A DNA stretch of 64,000 nucleotides from Clostridia bacterium (GTDB taxonomy: Bacteria; Bacillota; Clostridia; Oscillospirales; CAG-272). The notes under the pieces were generated by a model. It was not told where the DNA came from and did not search any database. It saw nothing but the letters and a program-made list of their open reading frames with translations. The stretch lies in contig JAFVTS010000014.1 in NCBI GenBank assembly GCA_017503105.1, forward strand, positions 18,032-82,031. The letters run 5' to 3'. The translations under genes were made by a program, and so were the position numbers. Below are positions 45,302 to 54,819 of this stretch, piece after piece (within the stretch, counting starts at the first letter, position 1; each line of letters begins with the position of its first letter).

Positions 45302-46969
45302 TTAGCGTGATACAGCTTTTTTAATCATTTCATTAACCGCTTCGCGCACCGCGAGCATTTCTGCCTCACTTTTTGCACAGCGTTTGAAAGAAATCTCCTC
45401 ACCGAGGACCGCTTCGATAGCGGCGACGACCTCGGCGTGGGAATAATATTTTTCCGCGAGCTTCATCGCGCGATAGTCCTGGAGCGCCTCTTCAAGCGTG
45501 AGCATACGAAGTGACTCAAGAGGCGTGCCGTCCTGTGCGGGATAGACCATAAACGTGTCACCCGCGGGGACCCAATCCTCGCCTCCGAGGTCGATATAGG
45601 GATTTATCGCGTCGCCCGAGCAACGGTTATTATAATAGTTATAGCCCCAATGAAGGAAGCCCGTGATATTCTCATACTTATAAAGTTGGAATCCGAGCGA
45701 GCGCGTGCGCCACGAGGGCATTGCGACGTAGCAGTTGGAATAATCAACGAGCTCACAGCACGCGTAGTACACCCAAAGATCGGGCACACCCGCCTCTATA
45801 AAGGGCATAGCGTGGGTGGTAGTGGGAACGGGATGGGCAAGGATTCCTTCTTTATAAAACTCGAAGTCCGATAGCGCGTCAAGCGTCTTATAGCCCGCGA
45901 GAAGATCTTCGACAGAGGCTTTGACCTTCTTATACTGCTCGATAGTGTCAAGCCCCGGCTCGTCGCAAACGTGATATATGCAACGCTCGTCGTCGCCCCT
46001 TTTCTTCATATGAGCTATAAACGCGCTTAACATAGAGCGAAGGAAACGGACGAACTCACGGTCGCCCGCCTCGGTCTCCCAACCGAAGATGCGCTTATAT
46101 TCACCGTCAACCGTCGCATAAACGTGCGCGGCGTGGTCGGCGTCGTGCTGCTTGAAGAAGTGGGATATTTCAAAATACTTTACCCCTGCTCTGTCGCACA
46201 TCTCGACCCATCTGTCAACGCGTGAGAAATCGAATTCGTATTCACCCGAATTTACGCTGACGCCGACGAGCTGCGCGGGGGTACGGTAGTGCGGCGGCAG
46301 GACGTTCAAAAACGGAGTCAGGAGCGGCGTGTAGAGCACGTTTCTTCCGCGCTTTACGGCAAGCCTTACGAAATTCTCTACTATTTTCCAGTGCTCCTCC
46401 GAGAAGGCTTCGACGTTATAATAAGACGCAAGACAGTCGGGATAGAGCCACTGCGTGAAGAGAAGCTCCTCTTCGGGAAGAGTTGCCGCGATAACGTCGA
46501 TCGCTACCGTATTTACTATATTCTCACCCGAACATTCGATCTCAAGCTCAACGGAAACCTCTGTTCTGCCCGAGAATTTCTTGGGTATTTTTACTTCTAC
46601 CCAAACCGAGCGAAGCTTTTCACGCGAGGGACAGATCTTGCCGCCGTAGCGAAGCGGGGTCAGAAGATCGGGAAAAATCCCCGGCTCTTTTCTTAAATAT
46701 CCGTCGTCGTTTTTTTCGGGATGAACGGGTCTGTCGACGGGAACGAGTCTTACGTCGCGGAGCGTGACATCAAAAGATGGATCGCTCACGGCACTCACTT
46801 TAACAAAAGGTCTTACGGGAAGATAGCCAGGACCTTCATCGACGTAAAGAAGCTGAAAGGAAACGGTCTCACCACCAAGGACGGTGAGTCCCCTACATTC
46901 GAAAAACGAGTCTATCTTATCGTCGAGAAACGCCTTGATCTGCGAGGATACGGTTTTCGTCTTTAACAT
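45302..46969 (-). CDS. DUF4091/GH123-like putative glycoside hydrolase
   Basis: 555 aa, cytoplasmic. FTQWLYPDCLASYY...FSEEHWKIVENF and the overall length recall DUF4091-containing proteins. Assigned from memory only. Confidence 0.4.
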   Translation of the reverse strand: MLKTKTVSSQIKAFLDDKIDSFFECRGLTVLGGETVSFQLLYVDEGPGYLPVRPFVKVSAVSDPSFDVTLRDVRLVPVDRPVHPEKNDDGYLRKEPGIFPDLLTPLRYGGKICPSREKLRSVWVEVKIPKKFSGRTEVSVELEIECSGENIVNTVAIDVIAATLPEEELLFTQWLYPDCLASYYNVEAFSEEHWKIVENFVRLAVKRGRNVLYTPLLTPFLNVLPPHYRTPAQLVGVSVNSGEYEFDFSRVDRWVEMCDRAGVKYFEISHFFKQHDADHAAHVYATVDGEYKRIFGWETEAGDREFVRFLRSMLSAFIAHMKKRGDDERCIYHVCDEPGLDTIEQYKKVKASVEDLLAGYKTLDALSDFEFYKEGILAHPVPTTTHAMPFIEAGVPDLWVYYACCELVDYSNCYVAMPSWRTRSLGFQLYKYENITGFLHWGYNYYNNRCSGDAINPYIDLGGEDWVPAGDTFMVYPAQDGTPLESLRMLTLEEALQDYRAMKLAEKYYSHAEVVAAIEAVLGEEISFKRCAKSEAEMLAVREAVNEMIKKAVSR

Positions 46970-47001
46970 CGGATATACCTCGATTTTTAAACTAAGTTAG
47001 A

Positions 47002-48369
47002 TCAGAAGTTGAAATACGTCTTTGCGTTTTCGTACGCAATGCCCTTTACTATTTTCTCAAGCATATCGTAATTTGCGGGGTACTCGCCCTCCTCTACCCA
47101 CTTGCCGATGAGATTACAGAGTATGCGTCTGAAATACTCGTGGCGAGTGTAGGAAACGAAGGAGCGGCTGTCGGTGAGCATTCCGACGAAGCGAGAGAGC
47201 ATTCCGAGATTGGCAAGCGCCTGCATCTGCGCCTCCATTCCGTCGCGCTGGTCGTTGAACCACCAACCGGAGCCGAATTGGATCTTGCCGGGGGTGGGCG
47301 CCTTCTGGAAGTTACCGAGCATCGTGCCGAGGGTATAGTTATCCTTCGGGTTGAGGGTATAAAGTATAGTCTTAGGAAGAATATCGGCATACTCAAGCTT
47401 GTTCATAAACGCAGAGAGCTTTTCGGCTATCTGAAGGTCGTTTATGGAGTCGAAGCCCGTGTCAGCACCAAGCTTTTCGTACATTCTTCTGTTATTATTA
47501 CGAAGAGCGCCGATATGGAGCTGCATTGCCCAGCCGCGCTTCGTGTATTCCTCCGCGCAAACGGCGAGCAACGCGGTCTTGAAGGAATCTATCTCGCACT
47601 CGGTGAGCTCACCGCCCGCCATACGCTTATTGAAAGCAGCCTCGGCGTCGCCCTCTGCAAACGGGACGTACTCAAGCGCGTGGTCGGAAAGACGGCAGCC
47701 GTAGGAATCGAAGAACGCGATACGGTCCTTTATCCAAGCGACAAGCTCGGAATAGGATTTAACACCGATCTGATTTATATAAGGAAGGAACGTTTCCTTG
47801 CCTATCTCAACCGCCTTATCGGGACGGAAGGTGGGAAGCACCTTGACCTCAAAATCACGAAGCGCCTTGTGATATTCAAGAGTGTCCGCGGGGTCGTCGG
47901 TCGTGCAGATGACCTCAACCCCCGAGCGCTTTATGAGATTTTTTGCGGAATACTCGGGCTTTTCAAGAAGCGCGTTTATCTTATTCCAGATCCTCTCACA
48001 GCTCTCTTCGTTAAGCTCCTCGTCGATACCGAAATATCTCTTCAGCTCAAGGTGGGTCCAATGATACATAGGATTTCCGATAAGAAGAGGCAGAGTCTTT
48101 GCAAACGCCAAGAACTTCTCGTAATCGGGGGCTGAGCCCGTGATATATTCCTCGTCAATTCCGTTTGAGCGCATCTGACGCCACTTATAGTGGTCGCCGC
48201 CGAGGAAGAGGTCGTAAGCGTTCTTGAAGGTGTGATCCTCCGCTATCATCTTCGGAACGAGATGGCAATGGTAGTCGATAATGGGCATATCCTTTATCAT
48301 CGCGTAGAGCTTTTTCGCGGTCTTGCTTTTAAGCATAAAGGATTCGTTTACGATGTTTGGTACTGACAT
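47002..48369 (-). CDS. uxaC: Glucuronate (uronate) isomerase
   Basis: PIIDYHCHL and the WWFND-type motif (GSGWWFNDQRDGM). A GAGGAG RBS precedes the ATG at 48369. The track ORF extends to 48426. Confidence 0.92.
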   Translation of the reverse strand: MSVPNIVNESFMLKSKTAKKLYAMIKDMPIIDYHCHLVPKMIAEDHTFKNAYDLFLGGDHYKWRQMRSNGIDEEYITGSAPDYEKFLAFAKTLPLLIGNPMYHWTHLELKRYFGIDEELNEESCERIWNKINALLEKPEYSAKNLIKRSGVEVICTTDDPADTLEYHKALRDFEVKVLPTFRPDKAVEIGKETFLPYINQIGVKSYSELVAWIKDRIAFFDSYGCRLSDHALEYVPFAEGDAEAAFNKRMAGGELTECEIDSFKTALLAVCAEEYTKRGWAMQLHIGALRNNNRRMYEKLGADTGFDSINDLQIAEKLSAFMNKLEYADILPKTILYTLNPKDNYTLGTMLGNFQKAPTPGKIQFGSGWWFNDQRDGMEAQMQALANLGMLSRFVGMLTDSRSFVSYTRHEYFRRILCNLIGKWVEEGEYPANYDMLEKIVKGIAYENAKTYFNF

Positions 48370-48518
48370 TTTAATTCTCCTCAATGTTTTTATTTTAATT
48401 ATAGCTTCTTTAAAATTAAAAGTCAAGTGAATTGCGGGGCTGTTTTGAAAAATGCGGACGATTTTATAAATTTCTGAAAAAATGTGTACGATTTCTTGAT
48501 TTTTTTAGAAAAAATATA

Positions 48519-48547
48519 TTGAAAATCAAATCGTTGTGTGTTATAAT
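48519..48547 (+). promoter_or_regulatory. Putative sigma-A promoter (extended -10) for ddh
   Basis: TTGAAA (48519-48524), a 17-nt spacer, then TGtTATAAT (48539-48547). Confidence 0.5.
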
Positions 48548-48579
48548 TTTATATCATAAATTTTGGGGAGATAACAAAA

Positions 48580-49566
48580 ATGAAAATAAGAGTCGGTATT
48601 TTCGGTTACGGAAATCTTGCAAGAGGCGCTGAGTGCGCGATAAACGCGAGCCCCGATATGGAGCTTGTCGCCGTTTTTACGAGGCGTGACCCGAAGAGCC
48701 TTAAAATAGCAACCGAGAGCGCCGCGGTAATGAGCGCGGACGACGTTCTTTCAATGAAGGGAAAGATCGACGTTATGATAGTTTGCGGCGGCAGCGCCAC
48801 CGACCTGCCCCATCAGACTCCTATGCTCGCCGAGCATTTCAACGTCATAGACAGCTTTGACACACACGCGAAGATAGGCGAGCACTTCGCCGCGGTCGAA
48901 GGAGCTGCTCGCAAGGGCGGCACGGTCGCGCTCATCAGCGCGGGCTGGGACCCCGGTATGTTCTCCCTCGCCAGACTTTACGCCGAGGCTGTTCTTCCAA
49001 ACGGCAAGGATTACACCTTCTGGGGTAAGGGTGTCAGCCAAGGACATTCCGACGCAATAAGACGCGTCGAGGGCGTTCTTGACGCAAAGCAGTATACAGT
49101 TCCCGTCGACGCCGCGCTTGAGGCTGTCAGAAGCGGCTCGTGCCCCGAGCTCTCGACGCGCGAGAAGCATACGAGAGAATGCTACGTCGTGGCAAAGGAC
49201 GGCGCAGACCTTAAGAAAATAGAAAACGATATAAAAACTATGCCCAACTACTTTGCCGATTATGACACCACGGTCAACTTCATCACCGAGGAGGAGCTTC
49301 GCGAAAAGCATTCGGGCATTCCCCACGGCGGCTTCGTTATAAGAACGGGAAGAACGGGCAAAAACGGTGAGCACAGCCACGTTATAGAATACAGCCTGAA
49401 GCTCGACTCCAACCCCGAGTTCACCGCCTCCGTGATCGCCGCTTACGCAAGAGCGGTCTTCAGAATGGCAAAGGAAGGCTCCGTCGGCTGCAAGTCAGTC
49501 TTTGACGTGCCGCCCGCATATCTTTCCGAGAAGAGCTCGTTTGAGCTTATGACAAGCATACTTTAA
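48580..49566 (+). CDS. ddh: meso-diaminopimelate D-dehydrogenase
   Basis: MKIRVGIFGYGNLARG...SAGWDPG...WGKGVSQGHSDA are Ddh signatures. Confidence 0.85.
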   Translation: MKIRVGIFGYGNLARGAECAINASPDMELVAVFTRRDPKSLKIATESAAVMSADDVLSMKGKIDVMIVCGGSATDLPHQTPMLAEHFNVIDSFDTHAKIGEHFAAVEGAARKGGTVALISAGWDPGMFSLARLYAEAVLPNGKDYTFWGKGVSQGHSDAIRRVEGVLDAKQYTVPVDAALEAVRSGSCPELSTREKHTRECYVVAKDGADLKKIENDIKTMPNYFADYDTTVNFITEEELREKHSGIPHGGFVIRTGRTGKNGEHSHVIEYSLKLDSNPEFTASVIAAYARAVFRMAKEGSVGCKSVFDVPPAYLSEKSSFELMTSIL

Positions 49567-49573
49567 TATTTTC

Positions 49574-49606
49574 ACCGTCCGCGGTACTGCGGGCGGTATT
49601 TTTTAT
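49574..49606 (+). terminator. Rho-independent terminator after ddh
   Basis: ACCGTCCGC (49574-49582) pairs with GCGGGCGGT (49589-49597, one G-U pair), followed by ATTTTTTA. Confidence 0.65.
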
Positions 49607-49711
49607 CGTTACAAAGTAAGATTTCTGAAAGCAAAAAGTAAGATATTGAAAGATTTTCCCCGTTTTTTGTTGTACAATAAAGTAAAAAAACAAAAAAGGA
49701 GCGTTCGGAAA

Positions 49712-51598
49712 ATGGCGAAATACTCGATAGAAAAAGGAATATACAAAAAAGACGGAAAGCCCGTCTTTGCCCTCGGAGTTTCTTACTATGCGTCCTATCA
49801 CGAAAGGAAGGTGCCCGTGCCGCCCGAGGGCGACAGGATAGGTGAAGCCGCGAAGGACGTCGCGGGAATGCGCGATTTCGGCTTCAATATCGTAAGGTGC
49901 GCGGCGCTCGGTGACGTTTATTATAACGATAGGCGCGAGGTCGTGACGGACACGCCCCTGCTTGACGCCATTGCCGAAAAGTGCGAGGAATGCGACGTCG
50001 GTCTTATGCTCCGCCTTCAGGGCTATTCTATGAACCTTTCGGGTTATACCGACACCCCGATGATAGATCAGGACGGAAAGGAAACGGATAAAAGCATTTG
50101 GTTCAACTTCGTGCGCGACTGTCTTTTCCACGAGGAGCTTGGCAAGGATAACGACGCGGGCACTAAGGCACTTGCCGAGCACTTTATGAAATTTCCCGCA
50201 ACCGTCGGCTGGCAGACGTACAACGAGCCCCATTATCCTGCGCGAGGAATATTCGACTATCATCCAAAGACTATTGCGGCGTACAGAAAATGGCTCGTCG
50301 AGCGCGGCTTCAAGACCGCAGAGGAGGCTCGGAACTTTGATCCGCCGAGGGCGCGTCCCGCCACCGACGAGAGTGCCGAGGAATGGATAAGATGGCGCAC
50401 CTTCTCACACGACGCTATGACCGATTTTCTCTGCCACACCTCGGACGTTGCCAAGGGCGCGAGCGGTCTTGAAACTATGACCTGCATCACCTCGGGTCCC
50501 GCGCACACCTTCCTGCCGCTACGCGGCGAGGATTATTTCAGAATCGCCGAGGGAATGGACGCGCTCGGTATTACGCAGTATTTTCTTGTAAGAAAGCCCG
50601 AGGTTTATACGGCGGCTATGAATCTTTCGCTTGCGGAGAGTGCGGCGGCACTGGCGGATAAGCCGCTTTGGATAGTGGAATACGACGCAAAAACGGATTC
50701 ACCGCCCGATTATTTCGCGAGAAACACTTACCTTGCGCTCGGCACGGGAATCAAAGGACTTCTCTTTTATCAGTGGCGCGGAGATCATATTTATCCCGAC
50801 TCTCCCGAAGGTAACGGCTTCGGCATTATAAATTACGACGGGACGAAGACCGTAAAATACGGTGCCGCAAAAAAAGCAGTAGATTTTATTAACGCTCACT
50901 CAGAGCTCCTTCTCGGCGCCGCGAAGCACCGCTCGGGCGTCGGAATACTTCGCTCCTTCCGCGGATTTACCGCCTCCGAGGCAAGGGCAAATCCCGGCTC
51001 TGCGGATATGTGCGAAAAGTGCCCGTGGCTTGAGCGAGAGGTCGCCTTCTTCTCCGAGCTTGCAAAGCGCGGCATCATCTGCGACTTTACAAGAGCCGAG
51101 GATCTTAAAGAAAATAAGCTTGGAATAAAGCTGCTCTATATACCCGATATTGATCTGATTTCAAAAGAAGAGCTTGCCCTTGTAAACGAATTTGAAAGTG
51201 CGGGCGGTAAGGCGGTATATACGAACAGGATCCATCGCTCCTTTATAAGCTCGGCTTACGAGATGAATGACTTTAAAAGAACGAAATTCACGAGCTTCCC
51301 CGACGCCGCGGACGTTCTTTACGTTTGCGGAATCAAGCCCGCTATTTCCTTTGACTCTTGGGAGGAAACGCTCCTTCTTCAAACGCTCGACACAAAGAGC
51401 GGCTACGTCGCGGTTATCACGAATATTGACAACGTCGGGCGTCCCGACGTCGCCCCCACCCTCAGCGTGAGTGATGATATTAAGCGCGCCGTATTTGAAA
51501 GCTTTGATGAAGAAGGCGGTATTGAGCTTCAGATAAAAGACGGAAAGATAAAGCTTCCGACGGTAACGGACGGCTGCTTTGTAAGGCTTATAAAATAA
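49712..51598 (+). CDS. Clan GH-A TIM-barrel glycoside hydrolase, GH42-like beta-galactosidase
   Basis: An AAAGGAG RBS precedes the ATG at 49712. GFNIVRC...WQTYNEPHY is an acid/base NEP motif, followed by a glutamine-amidotransferase-like trimerisation-type middle domain. No signal peptide. Confidence 0.45.
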   Translation: MAKYSIEKGIYKKDGKPVFALGVSYYASYHERKVPVPPEGDRIGEAAKDVAGMRDFGFNIVRCAALGDVYYNDRREVVTDTPLLDAIAEKCEECDVGLMLRLQGYSMNLSGYTDTPMIDQDGKETDKSIWFNFVRDCLFHEELGKDNDAGTKALAEHFMKFPATVGWQTYNEPHYPARGIFDYHPKTIAAYRKWLVERGFKTAEEARNFDPPRARPATDESAEEWIRWRTFSHDAMTDFLCHTSDVAKGASGLETMTCITSGPAHTFLPLRGEDYFRIAEGMDALGITQYFLVRKPEVYTAAMNLSLAESAAALADKPLWIVEYDAKTDSPPDYFARNTYLALGTGIKGLLFYQWRGDHIYPDSPEGNGFGIINYDGTKTVKYGAAKKAVDFINAHSELLLGAAKHRSGVGILRSFRGFTASEARANPGSADMCEKCPWLEREVAFFSELAKRGIICDFTRAEDLKENKLGIKLLYIPDIDLISKEELALVNEFESAGGKAVYTNRIHRSFISSAYEMNDFKRTKFTSFPDAADVLYVCGIKPAISFDSWEETLLLQTLDTKSGYVAVITNIDNVGRPDVAPTLSVSDDIKRAVFESFDEEGGIELQIKDGKIKLPTVTDGCFVRLIK

Positions 51599-51677
51599 GA
51601 GGTTATATAAGAAAACCAAAAGCACGGGGCATCCCCCGAAAACGAAGGATGTCCCGCACTTACGGCGAAGAGTCCTG

Positions 51678-53048
51678 TCAATCGACGAGGCTCTTCTTTT
51701 CTTTTTTATTAAAGCGAGTGTAAACAAAGAGCATAAGCGTTGCCGCGATCCAGCCGACGGGCATTGCGTAGACTATCGGAATAAATGTGTTGGAGATAAA
51801 GTTTGCCATAATGAAAAGATAGAGCTGGCGCACGCCGACGAAGGACGTTATCATTATTATCATAGGGACCTTGGAGTTTCCCTCGCCGCGCATCGCCGCC
51901 GCCATTACCTGATTGTAGCAGCAGACGAGATACATCGGCGTTACCCAATAAACGACCTTGATAGCGATGGAAACTATCTCGGGCGAGTCGTTGAAGAACG
52001 CGCACGCCTCGGGAGCGAAGATGAAGAGCGGTATCATTATTACGGCGGAGGAGATGATAGAGAGAAGCAACGAGGTCCTGACGCCGCGCTTTGCGCGCTC
52101 GTGCTGGCCCGCTCCGATGTTCTGACCGACGAAGGTCGTTGCCGCGATAGAAATGGTCTGCATAGGAAGCAGGAGAAATTGGTCAAGCTTATGGAAGGTC
52201 GTCCACGCGCCCATTGCCATCTTGCCGAAGTGGTTTATGTATCCTTGGACGAAGATGTTCGAGAAGCTCGTGATAGCCATTTGTATAGCGGCGGGAATGC
52301 CGACGCCGATTATCTTGCCGAGCACCTTCATATCGGGCTTCATTCCCGAAAGAGTAAGACGGATGGGGAGCTCCGTCACGAAAAGCGTGATAAAAACGAG
52401 AACGGCTGAGGCACCTTGCGATATTATAGTAGCGTACGCAACGCCCTCAACGCCCATACCGAAGTTTATTACGAAAACGAGGTCGAGCACGGTATTGAGA
52501 AGAGCCGAGACCACGAGGAAATAGAACGGGCGCCTTGAATCGCCTATTGCACGAAGAATACCCGCGCCGATGTTATAAAGAAGAAGACCCGAGATCCCCG
52601 CAAAGTATATGGTCAGATATCTCTCTGCCTCGGGGAATACCGCCTCGGGCGTGTCCATAAGCCTCAAGAAAAGCGGTGTGCCCAAAACGCCGACGGCGGT
52701 AAACAGCAAGCACATCACGAGCGTCATCACCACCGACGTGTGAGAGGCTACGCCGACCTTATCTCTTTTCCCTGCGCCGAAATACTGTGAGATAACTACT
52801 CCCGCGCCGCTGGCAAGCCCCGAGAAGAAGCCGATGAGCATATTTATAATAGGTCCGACGGAGCCGACGGCGGAATAAGCCTCGTCGCTTACGAAATTGC
52901 CGACGACCCAGGTGTCAACGGTATTGTATAAAAGCTGAAAAGCGTTACCGAGCAAAAGCGGTATCGCAAACAAAATTATATGCTTTGTAATAGAGCCCGA
53001 GGTCATATCGACCTGTCGTTTTGCGGTGGTCATTCGTTTTCCTTTCAT
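51678..53048 (-). CDS. MATE family efflux transporter
   Basis: 456 aa with 12 predicted TM helices. The N-terminus, ITKHIILFAIPLLLGNAFQLLYNTVDTWVVG, is typical of MATE. The start may instead be the ATG at 53033. Confidence 0.88.
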   Translation of the reverse strand: MKGKRMTTAKRQVDMTSGSITKHIILFAIPLLLGNAFQLLYNTVDTWVVGNFVSDEAYSAVGSVGPIINMLIGFFSGLASGAGVVISQYFGAGKRDKVGVASHTSVVMTLVMCLLFTAVGVLGTPLFLRLMDTPEAVFPEAERYLTIYFAGISGLLLYNIGAGILRAIGDSRRPFYFLVVSALLNTVLDLVFVINFGMGVEGVAYATIISQGASAVLVFITLFVTELPIRLTLSGMKPDMKVLGKIIGVGIPAAIQMAITSFSNIFVQGYINHFGKMAMGAWTTFHKLDQFLLLPMQTISIAATTFVGQNIGAGQHERAKRGVRTSLLLSIISSAVIMIPLFIFAPEACAFFNDSPEIVSIAIKVVYWVTPMYLVCCYNQVMAAAMRGEGNSKVPMIIMITSFVGVRQLYLFIMANFISNTFIPIVYAMPVGWIAATLMLFVYTRFNKKEKKSLVD

Positions 53049-53142
53049 ATAAAGCGCAAAGTGGGGATTACAGTCTTTTTATTGCCACATTTTTTCTTTC
53101 TTTTTTCGTTTTTTGCCAAAAAACGCGGCGTTTGTGGGGATA

Positions 53143-53928
53143 TTACCCCTTAATTTCATAAAGATACGATCTTCCTTCTTTTCCTTTTTTCTCAATTATC
53201 CCAAGGGACAAAAGAAGCGTTAGCGTATTGTGCGCACGTCGCGGATCAAGCCCCGTCAGGCGCTCGATATCCTTTGCGAAAAAGGTGCTCGGAAGAGCGC
53301 TCGGTAAAAACACGCGATAATCCTCGGGGGAAGAGAGCGTTATCTCACGGGCGACGGATAGAGGGATGCGCTCCACGATATTTTCCGAGGGCTTCTGCCA
53401 CGCTTTTTTATCTGTTTTATACCTTACGTCCTCGAAATTCAGAAAAAGAAGCTTGATACCGAGATTAGGGTCTGGGATAAAGTCAGCTATCTTATAAAGC
53501 TCGCAAGCCGCGCGGTTCACGCGGTCGCACTTCGGGCTTTTGCGTCTTTTCAAGAGCTCACCGCTCTCTCGGTCAACGTAGCTGATGTAAAGCGATTCTA
53601 CGAGCGGATGAACGACGGTAAGGCGGTATTCGGGTAGGAATCTTTTAAGCTTCGGCACGAGCTTTTCAAAGGAATGGGTCTGTATCTCAATTATCTCGCC
53701 GTCGCGAAGAACGTCCGCGACGCTCCCGAGGACGGGGATCTCGTGCTTCTCGGGATCGGGCTCTACGTAAAGCTTCAGCATTCTGTGAAGAAGCTTTTCC
53801 GAAAGCGTTCCTATGCCATCGCTGCCGTAACTGCGCGCTCGCTCGTAAGCTTGCGCAAAAGAGTCGGACATATCGGCGTTAAGATGAGCGGAGATACCGC
53901 ACCCCCGCTCTTTTTCGGTTTTATTCAT
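53143..53928 (-). CDS. PD-(D/E)xK-like (D...E-x-Q variant) nuclease-fold protein with C-terminal winged-helix
   Basis: The ATG at 53928 lies 2 nt after the upstream stop. GSVADVLRDGEIIEIQTHSF resembles the CoiA-type D/ExQ core. The C-terminal TLLLSLGIIEKKGKEGRSYLYEI is wHTH-like. The track ORF (to 54003) would overlap the upstream gene by 73 nt. Confidence 0.5.
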   Translation of the reverse strand: MNKTEKERGCGISAHLNADMSDSFAQAYERARSYGSDGIGTLSEKLLHRMLKLYVEPDPEKHEIPVLGSVADVLRDGEIIEIQTHSFEKLVPKLKRFLPEYRLTVVHPLVESLYISYVDRESGELLKRRKSPKCDRVNRAACELYKIADFIPDPNLGIKLLFLNFEDVRYKTDKKAWQKPSENIVERIPLSVAREITLSSPEDYRVFLPSALPSTFFAKDIERLTGLDPRRAHNTLTLLLSLGIIEKKGKEGRSYLYEIKG

Positions 53929-53930
53929 TT

Positions 53931-54647
53931 TTACTCGTCCGTGAAAACGGAGTCGACGAGCGCACTCTTTGCTACGCGCGCCGCTTCGGGATCCATATTG
54001 CACTCAAGCCTGATGAGCGGAAGCTCTTTCAGAAGTCTGTCCATAAGCGTCATAGTTTTTATGACCGCTACCCTGTTTTTCGGCTTGTATACCTGAGGAA
54101 TAAGACGGGAGAGAGCGTCGGAGGTGTTTATTCTGTACGACCTGTTCTGCACTCCGCGCTCAAGAAAAGCGATGCCGCCGAGAGGCGCCGTTTCGTAAAC
54201 GCCGTACATCTCCTTACCGCGCCAAGGCGTGCCGCAGACGAAAAACTTTCCGTCCTTATATCTTACGACGGGCTTGTCGCCGTTTAAAACGTACGCGTCC
54301 CCTTTAAATTCAGAGAGCCAAAGGCGCGTGTGCGTAGTCTTACCGACGCCGCTTTTTGCGGTGACGATATACGCTTTTTCACCGTACTTTATAACCGAGC
54401 CGTGAAAGACGAACGCGTCAAGAGTCGGAAGCACCTCCGCTATATTACGGTAAGAAACGATGGATTCAAAGTACGCGTCCGAGGCGTCCACCTCGGATTT
54501 AAGACGCTCGTTGGCAATTTCCTCCGCCGAGGCGCGGACGGTAAACGCGGGAGATGCGTCCGTCAGATATTCTGACGCGAGTCGCTCGATATAACCGTAT
54601 TTATTATCAACGGCGACGCAGATGCCGCCTATGTCTATTTTTATCAA
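53931..54647 (-). CDS. HPr-kinase-C-terminal-like / PEPCK-like P-loop protein (HprK-related kinase family)
   Basis: 238 aa with a TTG start. VTAKSGVGKTTHTRLW is a P-loop following a beta-rich N-terminal domain, and LNGDKPVV...CGTPWRGKE follows it. It is much shorter than a genuine HprK and lacks its N-terminal domain. Confidence 0.5.
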   Translation of the reverse strand: MIKIDIGGICVAVDNKYGYIERLASEYLTDASPAFTVRASAEEIANERLKSEVDASDAYFESIVSYRNIAEVLPTLDAFVFHGSVIKYGEKAYIVTAKSGVGKTTHTRLWLSEFKGDAYVLNGDKPVVRYKDGKFFVCGTPWRGKEMYGVYETAPLGGIAFLERGVQNRSYRINTSDALSRLIPQVYKPKNRVAVIKTMTLMDRLLKELPLIRLECNMDPEAARVAKSALVDSVFTDE

Positions 54648-54819
54648 TTTGAAGCAAATGCCTTTCTTTTAAAAATACTTTTACAAATACTATTATACAC
54701 CATAAAAAATATTTTTTCAAGTGGATTTCGGTTTTATTTAAAAGCTGTTCGTTTTTTTGGAATAATTGCTCGTTTCTTAGGGAAAATAATAAAAAATCCA
54801 CTTAAAATGAGGTATTTTG

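Noticed and set aside
48488-48534. Imperfect inverted repeat ACGATTTCTTGATTTT...AAAATCAAATCGT in the uxaC-ddh intergenic region as a possible operator
   Set aside because: The arms need a 3-nt bulge to align, the sequence is low-complexity AT-rich, and no cognate regulator gene is nearby. It is not distinguishable from chance.
53929-54003. Longer form of the nuclease-like ORF overlapping the kinase-like gene by 73 nt
   Set aside because: The extension is Arg-rich and unstructured-looking. The ATG at 53928 gives a stop-2nt-start junction that is typical of coupled genes.
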